DNA of 64,000 bases from Octopus vulgaris (Eukaryota). The position numbers and the translations under genes are program-made. Positions 1-12,787 of the stretch are shown here, in pieces (position 1 is the stretch's first letter; every line of letters begins with the position of its first letter). A model generated the notes under the pieces. The model made no database searches. It had not been told where the DNA came from and worked only from the letters and a program-made list of their open reading frames with translations. Location: contig OX597824.1 of assembly GCA_951406725.2 (NCBI GenBank), forward strand, positions 74,586,001-74,650,000. Direction: 5' to 3'.

Positions 1-99
1 ATTTCACACATATGATTAGATTGCAATACATTTACTTTCAAAAACTGATGGCCAATACTGGTGTTAGATATTTAGCTCCAAATCCTAGGTCTACGGTGA

Positions 100-600
100 G
101 CGTCACCTTTTCCTAACTCTACAATTTGCGTCACCTTCTCCCAGCGCTACGATGTGTACTCCCTTTTCTTAGCTTTACAATGTGTTTCACATTCTCCCAG
201 TACTCCAACGTGCATTTCCTTTTCTTAGCTCTACAAAGTGTTCCCTCTTCTTACATCCCTACAATATGCAACATCTTTCCTCAGCATTACAATTTGCAAT
301 CCTTCTTTTACCCTTACATTGTGTGCCAATTTCTCACTGTATTACAATTTCCATCTCCTTTTCTTAGCTCTGCAAAGTACACACTCTTCTCATGGCCTTA
401 CAACGTGCACTACTTATCCATGCGCTCTCTTTTCTTAGCTCTACGAAATATGTTCTATTCTCTCAGCTCCACAAAGTGCGCCCCTTCTCTCTGCTCTACA
501 ATCGTCATTGTGAGTCCTTCGCATCTATAGAATCTATATTCCTTCTCCTAGACTGACAGTACGCGCCCCTTTTTCCAGCCCTGTAGTGTGTATTCTCTTC
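100..600. repeat. Degenerate ~28-30 bp minisatellite (TTCTTAGCTCTACAAAGTGCGCCCCT-like)
   Basis: Recurring ttcttagctct(a/g)caa..tg motif at roughly 29-bp spacing. Confidence 0.65.
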
Positions 601-695
601 AGCAAATTTTTCTACAATTTCTTCAAGCCATTACTCAAACTGAAAAATGCAGTTAAAAAATAATAAACTCGCAATATAAGAAATTTATTGTATTA

Positions 696-1270
696 CTAGC
701 AGCATAGCGCGGCGTTGCTCGGGTTTGTTTTTTAGTTGCGCTTAAAAAGGCAGACTTTGATGTCGAGTTAACAAAGTTTTGACATAGTTTCAATCTATGA
801 ATAAAAATATAGTGTGGCAATGCTCCTGTTTGCTCATAACGTGCATTGGATCAGCTGATCCGTCGTTCGCTCAAAACCAATGACATCGCAAAAAAATTCT
901 TTTCGACCCTTTAGAATTGGAATTTTTGAAAAGTAAAAATTTTGCATTATGTAGCTTGTTATTCTCTTTAAGTGAACCTTTTTCTAGTTGAAATACACCG
1001 AAAAATGGCGACACAGCAGTCAAAAAATCGCAAAAAATAGGGATTTTCATAGACAAAAAGCACCTTTTTGATGTAAATAATTTTTGGTGTTAACATTGTC
1101 CGATTTGAATTTTTTCTACTACGAAATGAAGAGCAAGTCTTCTTCTATCATACTCTCAATTTTGGTCAAGTTGCGCAGCAGGATCTCGGAGGAGATAGTG
1201 TTAGTTGAAGGCTGCCAAACCTGCCACACACACACACACACACAGACAACTTTAGCTTTATATATATAGA
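696..1270 (-). mobile_element. Non-autonomous Helitron
   Basis: Minus strand starts A|TCTATATATATAAAG and ends with hairpin CCCGAGCAACGCCGCG then CTAG|T; inserted between A and T, no TSD. Confidence 0.85.
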
Positions 1271-1573
1271 TTATTATCATGAACATCACTGAGTAAACCT
1301 GTTATCTAGCATTTTTTTTAAATGTTCCATGCGAAATTCTTTAAGTCATATGACACCACAGCTCTCGTTTAACCCTAAACTCCATCCTTCTCCGAGGCGA
1401 ACGTGACTTCTCCTTCTCACTTCATTACTGTGATTTCGGGTTTTTAATTGGATTATGTAATTTTGTTTAAGTTATATTAGGATTTGTCCGACGTCCCAAA
1501 ATTTCGAGTGGTCGCCTAGTTTGTTCAGTGTGTAACAATGGCCATGTTATTGTTGTGGTTCTATATTCTAAAT

Positions 1574-1785
1574 CAGGGGTCGGCGAACCGGGTTAAATTA
1601 CCCCAAGTGGAGTAAAAATGAAATTCTTGTGGGTTATGAGGACTCATTAGACATAAGTAAAATAAATTTAAAAAAAACATGTTCCTTGTTATCTATGATT
1701 TTCTTCCTTTCGAATCAAGTGGGTAACGTCGGCGTAAATGAATATATTCTTGGGTTATTGGTTAAAAAAAGTTCCTCGACCCCTG
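1574..1785. mobile_element. hAT-type MITE
   Basis: TIRs CAGGGGTCGGCGAAC / GTTCCTCGACCCCTG; perfect 8-bp TSD TTCTAAAT (1566-1573, 1786-1793). Confidence 0.9.
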
Positions 1786-2360
1786 TTCTAAATGCACGAT
1801 TTCATGTATGCTATGAGACCTCCTCCTTTTACTAATCTATCTTGCTTTATCAACATGTAATTGTTTAAAATTACGTAATATTTATTTATATAATAATTGA
1901 ACCAGTGTAAGAACGGCAATGTCCATAACCATTTCAGGTTTCCCCAAGACTGGTTAGATCGATGAAGACATTACCTAATCTGAACACCTACAGGTCAATA
2001 TCTGCAGGAGTGGGGGAAGCGGAAGATAAAAGTGATCGGAAAGGGTGCACTTGGCCCAAATGTTTACAACAATTGGTATTGAACTCTACTAAACTCCTCC
2101 AAAGATTATATAATCGTATCGTTAACAGGACGGTGTGTTAAATGTACTTCCTTAGATAAGGAACCGATTGGTTGCAATCGACTGATATCCCCACCAAAGA
2201 ATCCAAGAACTGGATTGTGGCATATTCACCAGTGATCACTTCGAACGTGTGAGAGAGAGAGTGTGTGTGCGGGCGCGGGAAAAATTATGATAAACACAAG
2301 CACATATCATTTGTTCCCTATGTACGTTTCACTATTGTGGTTATTTGCATTTAAAACATG

Positions 2361-2645
2361 TTTGTTCCTTCTCGAGCCACGCCTGCCTCATCAGGGCCGG
2401 TTTTCTGGTTTCCTTGGCGTATAGGTTCCCCACCGTATAGGTTGGTCCGTCGCATGTGAGCTGCAAGAGGAAAGAGTGAGAGAAAGTTGTGGCGAAGGAG
2501 TCAGCAGAGGTTCGCCGGAGCTGCGTGGAGCTTAGGTGTTTCGCTCATAAACATACACATCGCCCGGTCTGAGATTCGAACCCGCGATCCTTCGACCGCG
2601 AGTCGAAGGATCCACTAGCTCTAACCACTAGGCCATGTGTCTCCG
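2361..2645 (-). mobile_element. tRNA-derived SINE, family B
   Basis: Head with A box TGGCCTAGTGG and B box GGTTCGAATC; homologous to 16114-16413. Confidence 0.85.
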
Positions 2646-2712
2646 CGCATTTAAAACATAGATATATAAATATACATACACCCGCGCGCACGCAACACAC
2701 ATACACACACAG

Positions 2713-2793
<81 letters not shown>

Positions 2794-2997
2794 CACGTGT
2801 ATACACACACACGTACACGCACATATCACGGGCTTCCACACATGTTTCCAGTTTCGGTCTCTCAAATTCACAAAGCATTAGTTGTCTCGGAGCTATAGCA
2901 AGGTACTTCGCAGTGAGACAGAACCCGAAACCAAGTGGAAAAGACAGCCTGCTAAATTCGAATTTGACAGTAAATTAACAAGCACATCACACGCGCA

Positions 2998-3064
<67 letters not shown>

Positions 3065-3207
3065 CACAACACAGGCACATAAACACACTCGAATTCTGTT
3101 ACATTTTCTCTTGCACATCTACCCGCATACACACCTGCAAACGCATGCACAAGCGTATAGCGACTCATTCTCCTTTTCTACACATTCATACATTATAACG
3201 TACACAG

Positions 3208-3255
<48 letters not shown>

Positions 3256-3739
3256 CTCTTTCTATCTTTCACTTTTTCCCTCTGTCTCTCTCCCTCTATA
3301 TATACGTATATCGGTACCGCTCATACAAACTCTCTCTTTCTTTCTATCTCCAGTCTCTAACCATCACTCTTTCATCCTCTCTCTCCATTGACCCACTTAG
3401 TGCCTGTCTGAACGGATGGATTTTACTGGAGAAGGATTAAGCAAGAGCAGCTGAACTCACAGATTAATTCAATATATACTTATGTATCTTAATCTGATTA
3501 AGATTAGCTCTAGGGATAGACAGAAGTATTAGATTGTTAGGATGGATATTAAGACATAAAGCAATTGCTACTAAGTAACGAAGGAGCCGGTGCAGCGCTC
3601 TCGTGTAAGTCCGACCAGCTAGAAATAGCTGCTAAATCTCCCTTAAGCCACACCCTATCAACTTAATAATCAAAGGAAGGGGGAATTCGAAAGTTCTGGG
3701 TAAAAAAGTCCCTGAAAGGCCATTATGACTGCTTATCTC

Positions 3740-4500
3740 CGTTGAAAGTTTCTGTGTATCCCCGTAAAAAATAGTTCACCCCCTTTAAAAAATGTCTTTT
3801 AACTCCATTGAAAGACACTTTGTTAACGCCCATTAAAGGAACTCTATTTCCATTAAAAGAATGTTTATTTTCATTAAATTCCTCTTTGATTACTTCCATT
3901 AAAAGACTCTCATATCAACCTTCGTATACAATACACTTTACTTAAGTTCATCAAAAGACCGTTTATTGCAGTTAAAAGGCACCCTATTTACCTTCATTAA
4001 AAGCCGCTACTCATTGCCGTTAGAAAATCAGCTGACCTCCATTGTTTACCTCTTTGTTTACTCTCACTAAAAGACTTTGTTAAAACATTTTGCTTTACTC
4101 CATTCAAAGTATATTTACCGCAATTAAATGACTTTTTATTTACTGTCATTAAAAGATTATTTATCTCCATTAAATTCCACATGATTTACCTTCATTAAAC
4201 GACTCATTGTTCAGCTTTATTAAAAGACTCATTGTTTATCCCCATTTAAAAAGCTATTGCCATTAAAAGGCTCTGTGTAACTCCATTAAAAGTCCCTTTA
4301 TTTGCCTCCATTAAAATACTTTATGTTAACCGTCATTAAAAGACTCTTTATTTACTTCTATTAAGAGTTATTTCGTTTACTTCCATTCAAAAGACTCACC
4401 GTTTCCCCCATTAAAAGACTCCATTTACTGCCATTAAAATACTGCATGAACAGTCTTTTTACTCGCTTCCATTAAGGGTCCCTTTGGTTACCACTGTTAA
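3740..4500. repeat. Degenerate ~22-25 bp minisatellite (CCATTAAAAGACTCTTTATTTACT-like)
   Basis: Many recurrences of ccattaaaag. Confidence 0.8.
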
Positions 4501-4745
4501 AACTGTCAACCACTGGAAAGGAACTTCAGGAACAATTCAATTATATCGCGTAGTTTGATCTGAAAATAGCTGCTAATTTTCAAAATCCTGCTGTTTTGAA
4601 ATCAAAAGATGGTCACATTTGATAATGGAGTCTTAGATGTACTATAGGCTTAAAAGTAAAGACGGGATGATCACTTCTGGAAGGTTTTTGACGACAGTCC
4701 CGCTAGATGAGGGTTGGTCTTGGACCAACAAGAACGACGACAATG

Positions 4746-4794
<49 letters not shown>

Positions 4795-5261
4795 TAAAGC
4801 AACGTGGGTGACTCATTATGCGGTCTCTCAACCTAAAATAACGGCCAAGTTTTCCAAAATCACAGCAGATAGTCTTTAAAGGATGGAAAAAGACACTGGT
4901 TAATATATACATGCACACACACACACACAAGGTGGTATGTGTGTGTGTGGTCAGAGAAGCCAGGGCATTGCTACGACTTTATTTCAAGGCCTCCGGAATC
5001 GGTGAAGGCAAAAAGGACGCTATGCTCAGACAGGGAACCTGGCTAGAATGATTGCAGCAGTGCGGACTCAACTAAACGGTACCTCAAGTACGGGTAGCCT
5101 TGTTAAAGCGGGTGGTGTATTAAGTCACTAATCCACACATCCAAAAACAGGAAGAAATTCCATGTAGTTTCTGTCTGCCAAACGTCACTCACAAGACTTT
5201 GGTGGGTCTAAGGATATGGTAGAAAACAATTTATGTATCGCACAGTGAGATCGAATCTAAA

Positions 5262-5428
5262 AATCAATTACATCGACTCCAGTGCGTAACTGGTACTTAT
5301 TTTATCGGTCGCAAAAAGATGAAAAGTAAAGCCGAACTCGGAGGAATTTAAACCTAAACGTAAAGACGGATAAAATACCTGGAAGCATTTTGTCCGGCGT
5401 AATAATGATTCTGCCAGCTCACCGCCTT

Positions 5429-5505
<77 letters not shown>

Positions 5506-5552
5506 TAATAATGATGATGATAATAATAATAATAAAAATAATAATAATAGTA

Positions 5553-5584
<32 letters not shown>

Positions 5585-5625
5585 CTAGGAATGATAAAAA
5601 AAGGTACTGAAACCTATTTGAAAAT
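5262..5625 (-). repeat. Inverted local duplicate of 6422-6718 (SINE A part, (TAA)n, R4 fragment)
   Basis: Reverse-complement near identity; flanked by 10-bp direct repeat AATCTAAAAA. Confidence 0.85.
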
Positions 5626-6032
5626 CTAAAAACAGGTAGTTATGAAGTGAATTTCTTAACAACATGACCATTCCAGAACCCTTAATGAATTACTGAAAGA
5701 TTATGACTCCAAACAAACTATAATCTTCACTTTCTCAGATCACGTCCTAAGGATTATTCTTTTGAACTCAAAAAAAGGATTAAATTAAATCTTTAATTAT
5801 TATTGACGCTGAATGACAGGGCAGTGATTTGACAGAATCGTTAGTCACGAACAAAATGCTCAGCAACATATCTTCCGTTTCTTTATTTTCTGTGTTCAAA
5901 TAACGCCGAATCCGACTTTGCCTTTCACATTTTGAGGGTCGATAAAATAAGTACCGTTGAGCGAGGGCTAGTCGACATATTCAACGCGACCCCGCCCCAA
6001 AATTTCATTCCTTCTGCCTGTAGAAGAAGGGG

Positions 6033-6081
<49 letters not shown>

Positions 6082-6110
6082 TATTATTATTATTATAATT
6101 ATTATTTTTA

Positions 6111-6154
<44 letters not shown>

Positions 6155-6462
6155 GTTATTGTTATGTTTTTCCTTCTTTCGTCAAATTTTCTTCCGTTTC
6201 TCGCCGGGTGTTTTCCATACACCTAGGGCAGAGAAGCTCATTGTATGCATTCCCAGATTACACACGCAAATTCACAGATAAAATATGTATTTAAAAATTA
6301 ATAAATAAATAAATTCATGGATGGATGTTGTTTTCACAGCGATAATGCTCTTCTCAGTACATGAACCGTTCCGGTTGATACGATTTTTTGCACTTCCTGT
6401 AGGGATGGTAAGCCTGGAATCATTTTCAAATAGGTTTCAGTACCTTTTTTTATCATTCCTAG
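6155..6462 (-). mobile_element. R4/Dong-like non-LTR retrotransposon 3' end
   Basis: LGMIKKGTETYLKMIPGLPSLQEVQKIVSTGTVHVLRRALSL* resembles the REL-endonuclease C-terminus; embedded in (TAA)n. Confidence 0.75.
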
Positions 6463-6517
6463 ATTATTATTATTATTATAATTATTATTTTTATTGTTAT
6501 TATCATCATCATTATTA

Positions 6518-6548
<31 letters not shown>

Positions 6549-6551
6549 AAA

Positions 6552-6740
6552 GGCGGCGAGCTGGCAGAATCATTATTACGCCGGACAAAATGCTTCCAGG
6601 CATTTTATCCGTCTTTACGTTCTGGGTTTAAATTCCTCCGAGTTCGGCTTTACTTTCCATCTTTTTGCGACCGATAAAATAAGTACCAGTTACGCACTGG
6701 GGTCGATGTAATTGATTTAACCCCTTCCCACGAAATTCGA
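6552..6740 (+). mobile_element. SINE family A (GGCGGCGAGCTGGCAGAA...)
   Basis: Matches multicopy family with body CCTTTCATCCTTTCGGGGTCGATAAA. Confidence 0.85.
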
Positions 6741-6946
6741 GATACACTTACTGAAGACATTCGAACCCTTACATGGTCGTGAACCAATACTCTGGTTACG
6801 GTTCATTGATTATGTCTTTTTTTGTTTTAAAAGGATCAACGCGGTTACAGTGAATCAGGATTAAAGGAAATTGCGACCGACATAGCTAAGATTAGCAAGG
6901 AAAACCAAACTTTCACGCATAATTTTAGCAAACAAGGTATCTACGG

Positions 6947-7313
6947 TTACTCTCACTAAAAGACTTTGTTAAAACATTTTGCTTTACTCCATTCAAAGTA
7001 TATTTACCGCAATTAAATTACTTTTTATTTACTCTCATTAAAAGATTATTTATCTCCATTAAATTCCACGTGATTTACCTTCATTAAACGACTCATTGTT
7101 CAGCTTTATTAAAAGACTCATTGTTTATCCCCATTTAAAAAACTATTGCCATTAAAAGGCTCTGTGTAACTCCATTAAAAATCTCTTTATTTGCCTCCAT
7201 TAAAATACTTTATGTTAACCGTCATTAAAAGACTCTTTATTTACTTCTATTAAAAGTTATTTCGTTTACTTCCATTCAAAAGACTCACCGTTTCTCCCAT
7301 TAAAAGACTCCAT
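6947..7313 (+). repeat. Direct near-identical duplicate of 4058-4424
   Basis: About 367 bp shared, with few substitutions. Confidence 0.9.
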
Positions 7314-7528
7314 GTTAGGTTTTTTTCTTTTCCAGCAGTCTAATCTGTTGTGCGTGTATGAATAATGATAAATATAAATGAAACTTTTGTGGCCTGCCAC
7401 CTGTAATAAAAATTATTATTAAGATAGATCGGTAGGTGAGCAGAAATAGTAGAGCAAGCATTTTGACATCAACCCACCTGAGACTACCGTTGGTTTTATG
7501 ACACACTTTCTGTTTTGAAATGATTTAA

Positions 7529-8374
7529 CCCCTTAATGGATCAATTATTTTGACATGGCGTTTCATTTCAGAGCATTTTTAAAACTTTTTTAATTATATA
7601 CACTGTGTTAATTAAAAAAAAAAAAGGTTTTTTAATCTTGTTTCCTTTATTCTTTATTATAGAAATTAAAATGTACTTTTACTCATCTGGATTTAAACGA
7701 GTTAACTCGGACATTGAAAAAATACATATAAATTAACTATCTTCGATATTTTATAAGATGTATTGCTTTTAAATCAAAGGAAAAAATTTTTTTAATGAAA
7801 TAGCCTATTTAGAATGATAATTTTTAAAACAAGGAGTTACACACAAAGTTATCTTGCAGACATCACACATGTATCTGCTTTCTCTTCGAATCTTATTTCC
7901 TTTAGCGTCTCTCTTCTCTGCGCATTTTGCACACTGTCTTGTAGGGTTCTTTTTCTTATCACTTAGTGGTATTTCCATGGGAAAGTGACCAGCTGGGGCA
8001 AATCTTGTTGTATGTGGGATCGATGATGGTCTTCCTGGTTTTGTGGGAAGCAATAAAGGTTATATTTTTCAATAATCTTGGTGGTTATTTGCATTCTAAA
8101 TTTCAGTGGTTTCATAGCAGAAGCTGAAGTTTCCAAAGATGCTTTATACAAAACACAAGCATTCCAGATAGCAAAATCCATCAAATGAAAAAAAATACTT
8201 ATTTTTTTAAACAACGCGAGTAAATTCATGATTGCTCAAAAATGAAACGACACAAAACAAATAAATTCGTTTGAGTGCTAAAATTAAAAGTTAATTTTGA
8301 TCGAGTATACTCGTCTGGTTCTAAAAAGCTACATTTGCGATGCGCGAGTAAGCACGGGATAATCCATTGAGGGG
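7529..8374 (-). mobile_element. Internally deleted piggyBac transposon
   Basis: TTAA TSDs; TIRs CCCCTTAATGGAT/ATCCATTGAGGGG; carries transposase C-terminus. Confidence 0.9.
7805..8200 (-). pseudogene. piggyBac transposase C-terminal fragment with Cys-rich domain (frameshifted)
   Basis: IFFHLMDFAIWNACVLY...FR then RQCAKC...RRESRYMCDVCKITLCVTPCFKNYH. Confidence 0.9.
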
Positions 8375-8985
8375 TTAAATTAAAACCTTTCAGAAAAAAT
8401 TTCCCGTTAATTTATGTTTCGAACACTAAGCTTAATAACGAGAAAGTTATTAAAAAAAATTTCAGTATTTTCACAATTTATTGAAATAAGGCCAATGTAT
8501 TTCAATGGTAACAAAAGGGTTAAATGATTTAAATGAAAATCAATCAAAATTTTATGTTAGTCCATGTTCCATGCACCAGCCTAATAATGACAAAAGTTAT
8601 TTTAGAAAATTCTTCCTTATTTTCGAAAATAATTGAAACTAATGTTGTGTATTAAAGCAGAAATATAGTGACAAAAGGGTTAAAGCGATCTAAATGGAAA
8701 CCTTCTTTCATGTTAATTTATGTTCCGAACACCAGCCTAATAATGACAAAATTCTTTAACTGAATTCTTTAATATTTCCTAAATTAATTGAAACAAGAAC
8801 AATGTATTCAATACAAATATGGTAAAACAAGGGTTGAACTAATGTAAATTAAAATCTATCAAAATTTTATGGTAGTTTATGTTCCAAACACCAGCGTAAT
8901 ATTGAAGATGTTATTTTACTGAATTCTTTATTATTTCTGAAATTATTTGAAACAAAGGCAGTGTATTTCAACAGAAATATAGTGT
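8375..8985. repeat. ~155-bp tandem repeat, about 4 units, ending AAAGGGTTAA (amplified MITE end)
   Basis: Repeated ttatgttcc(a/g)aacaccagc..taatgacaaa..aattgaaacaa..aaagggttaa. Confidence 0.75.
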
Positions 8986-9153
8986 CAGAATTCTTAAGCA
9001 GACTGAGTATGAATTTCGCCGCGAATAATTTTACCTTCCATATTTTTTTTTTCGGGGGAATGATAAAAACAAAGAAACCAACCACACGCAAGTACTGGCA
9101 TCGATCGAATCAACTATACCCCCACAAGCACAACCACCATATATGCATAATAC

Positions 9154-9184
<31 letters not shown>

Positions 9185-9256
9185 TGTATGTATGTATGTA
9201 TGTATGTATGTATGTGTATATGTATATGTATGTATATATATATATGTATATATGTA

Positions 9257-9386
<130 letters not shown>

Positions 9387-9964
9387 TATATATGTGTGTG
9401 TTGTGCGTGTATGTGTGTGTGTATGCATTAAAAAAATGGTGGTTTTGCGCTTAAGTTAAAAATCATTATTGATACGTATGTACATACTCAGTGTAGACAC
9501 AGAATTCTTTTTTTATATGTCGCCCAAAAGCTGAAGACAGACAAGAAAATAGATAACGTAGTGATTACATAGATAAGAGATTTTTAAAAATACCAGAAAT
9601 GAAAGAAAGACAAACGCAAAGAACAAGGGAAATAGAAACAAAAAAATTACTTATGAAATAAAGAACGCCATGTTTTTTTTTTTATGAACTACCATAGCAT
9701 TGAGTGAAACAAAAGATATTACTATACTTAAAGCATATTTAGTTGTTGCTAAATAAAATATGAGATATACAACCCACTGACTATTTTTATTTTACTGTAT
9801 GCGATACATAATCACAGGAATAAAAATATACGCGTATGTATGCATAGGAATGAATATGCTTTCTCTTATGGAAGAATGATAATTGAATTGAATTTTCAGT
9901 TTAATTCAGGTGAGTGGGTTGCTACAATGTTTGACAAGATTCTTGATGTTTTATGTGTTGACTT

Positions 9965-10305
9965 AGAGGATAAAACACACAAACACTGTAAGATCGTAGA
10001 TTTTTGCAATTCCCTGTGGTAGCAGACTCGACAGCAAAGAGATTGCAAAAACAAAAAAGAACAAAAAAAAAAGAAAACAAATGTGAAATATTGGAATTTA
10101 GCCAGAGAATTGAGGAAACTGTGGAAGATCAAGACAACAGTTATTTCTTGTAGCAATTGGTGCTCTGGGCACAACATCCAAAAATGCTTCCTAAAAGACT
10201 GAAAGAGATTGGAATTGAAACTCGCATTGTCGACCGGCAGAAAAGTACCGTCCTATATTCTACAAAAAATTCTACGACTGTTTCTTGAGGTTTGAGGAGA
10301 CTTGT
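9965..10305 (+). pseudogene. R4/Dong-like REL endonuclease C-terminus (frameshifted)
   Basis: CKIVDF / KYWNLARELRKLWKIKTTV / IGALGTT / RLKEIGIETRI / LRLFLEV*. Confidence 0.75.
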
Positions 10306-10359
10306 CATCATCAAATATCAAGATAACGTCGCTGCTAAGTAAATTAGTATGCACTAGCG

Positions 10360-10387
10360 TAGTAGCAGCAGCAGAAGCAGCAGCAGC

Positions 10388-10434
<47 letters not shown>

Positions 10435-10652
10435 GAGGAGGAGGAGGAGGAGGAGGAGGAGGAGGTGGTGGTGGTGGTGGTGGTGTAGCAGAAGCAGCAG
10501 CAGCAGCAGCAGTAGTAGTAGTGGTGGTGGTGGTGGTGGTGGTGGTGGTGGTAGTAGTGGTGGTGGTGGTAGTGGTAGTGGTGGTGGTGGTGGTGGCGGT
10601 GGTGGTGGTGGTGGTGGTGGTGGTGGTGGTGATGATGATGATGATAATGATG
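10360..10652. repeat. Compound trinucleotide microsatellite (GCA/GTA/GGA/GGT/GAT)
   Basis: Direct reading. Confidence 0.95.
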
Positions 10653-10732
10653 CAACGATATGAAGGAAAAGACAAAAAATAAAGAGAACCTGCGGCGAGT
10701 GAGAAAAATATTGACTTCAAAAGTGAATGTCA

Positions 10733-10872
10733 AACTCGCGCGCAGTCGCAGTAGTTCAGTATGACTGCTGGAGTCCTGAAGTGGACAGAGGTGGAGCTAA
10801 AGGAGATGAACAGGAAATCAAGAAAGCTCTTAACGATGCATGGAGCCCATCACCCACGAGCAGACACTGATC
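10733..10872 (+). pseudogene. R4/Dong-like RT C-terminal fragment
   Basis: NSRAVAV / AGVLKWTEVELKEMNRKSRKLLTMHGAHHPRADTD. Confidence 0.7.
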
Positions 10873-10904
10873 TTCTTCCATTTGCTCTCTGAAGAGAGCA
10901 AATA

Positions 10905-11053
10905 TTTTGATATGAGATCACCATGTCGTGCACATATGGCTGTGATGCATGTGCTTGGCGTATACTTATCCGACGGTTAGTTATGATGGGTATATTGGGC
11001 TTCCTATATTTGTACCTTAGTCCACTTTGATGGCATGCGCTGCTCTCTCACAT

Positions 11054-11115
<62 letters not shown>

Positions 11116-11540
11116 TAATAATAATAATAATAATGACCTTAACCAGTTGACCATGTCCCTTAGTGGCTGACGATATGTGCATCTCTGATCATGAGCAGAA
11201 GTGGTGGGGGAGCATCATAGCCATGTGTTGAGAGGGATTCTTTGGGGTTTGAATAGTTCACCTCTGGAAACATGGGTGGTTCTTTCAACATCCTTAAACA
11301 ACCCTTATTCAGGGACCGTTTGAGCGGGATGGGCTACTCAACCTGAAGAAAATTCTAACTGGGCCCCACCTGCAAGGTCATGTGCTGTTTATCTTGATAT
11401 GAGATCACCATGTCGCGCACATATGGTTGTGATGCATGTGCCTGGTGTACCTTTATCAGACGGGTAGTCATGATGGGTATATTGGGCTTCGTATATTTTA
11501 CCCCAGTGTCACTTTGATGGCATGAACTGCTCTCTCACTC

Positions 11541-11541
<1 letters not shown>
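10905..11541 (+). mobile_element. Two 5'-truncated copies (10905-11053, 11135-11541) of a (TAA)n-tailed retroposon
   Basis: Shared 3' end TTGATATGAGATCACCATGTCG...GCTCTCTCAC, each followed by (TAA)n. Confidence 0.7.
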
Positions 11542-11613
<72 letters not shown>

Positions 11614-11644
11614 TTAATAATAATGATAATGATAATGATGATGA

Positions 11645-11678
<34 letters not shown>

Positions 11679-11704
11679 GATGATGATGATGGTGATGATG
11701 ATGG

Positions 11705-11735
<31 letters not shown>

Positions 11736-11736
11736 A

Positions 11737-11800
11737 GGTTTTTATTTGCCACAAGGCCCCGGAAAAGCAATTAGAACAATGCAAAGACACAGAACTGCAG

Positions 11801-11839
<39 letters not shown>

Positions 11840-12168
11840 TTAAGCAATAAAAGAAACAATAACAATTAACAAAAAGATTTTTAAAATTCCCCAAATAGAG
11901 GGGAAAACATCACCCAGTAGCAGTTACGGACCCCCCCCCCCCGAGATTTCAATAAACATACCATGGCAAGTGCTCTTCTCTCTCTTTGTTCCCAAGCCTG
12001 CGGTTGTCAGCTTAGAGTAGGTCAACTGATTCAGGTTATCCTCGCCACATTCACCCACATTTCCACAAGTTCACTTGGGGAAAGCACACATCTCTCAACC
12101 CATACCTTCCTTTTCAAGTGAAATTTTTAAAAGGCGACAAGGGCGTGTCTGTCGTCTGTCTCCAGTCT
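11737..12168 (-). mobile_element. Probable LINE 3' end (L1/Tx1-like ORF2 terminus plus UTR)
   Basis: Degenerate ORF end (..VEMWVNVARI) and 3' tail GCCTTGTGGCAAATAAAAAC. Confidence 0.4.
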
Positions 12169-12170
12169 TA

Positions 12171-12241
<71 letters not shown>

Positions 12242-12242
12242 C

Positions 12243-12320
<78 letters not shown>

Positions 12321-12496
12321 TTCAACTCGCAATAACCACGCCTCGGATTTAGCTCATTGGCCATGGGACCGCCTCTGAACTGTAAGAAATAGGGATGTGA
12401 AGCTGGATTTTAGCATCGTAAGAAAGAGGACGAAAAACAACAAAAAAATACAATCCCTTCAAATTTGAAATATAAAGAATTATATTTGAGAACAGT

Positions 12497-12787
12497 ATGT
12501 ATGAGAGCAGTAAAGGTCGTGCCTATAATAATTGGTGCGCTGGGAACAGTAAGCCAAGATATAGAAAAACGGCTGGAGGAGATTGGAATATAATGCCCTG
12601 TAGAGCTCCTACAGAAAGTTTGTCTCTTAGGGACAGCAAGGATTATGAGGAGGGTTCTAAGCACTTGAAAGACAGCTGAAAATTTGTGGATACCTAAGGT
12701 TACAGGTAGTAACCCGCTACCCACATAAATTCTACCAGGAATAAGACCGAACCTGAGCCAAAACAAAATATAATAATAACAATAATC
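12497..12787 (+). mobile_element. R4/Dong-like 3' end
   Basis: VKVVPIIIGALGTVSQDIEKRLEEIGI*CPVELLQKVCLLGTARIMRRVLST*, then a short UTR ending in TAA repeats. Confidence 0.8.

Noticed and set aside
3740-4500. CRISPR-like short repeat array
   Set aside because: Degenerate contiguous units, no unique spacers, no cas genes, eukaryotic context
10253-10733. Poly-T/P/H/G/V ORFs resembling a low-complexity protein
   Set aside because: Compound trinucleotide repeat open in several frames, with no flanking coding signal
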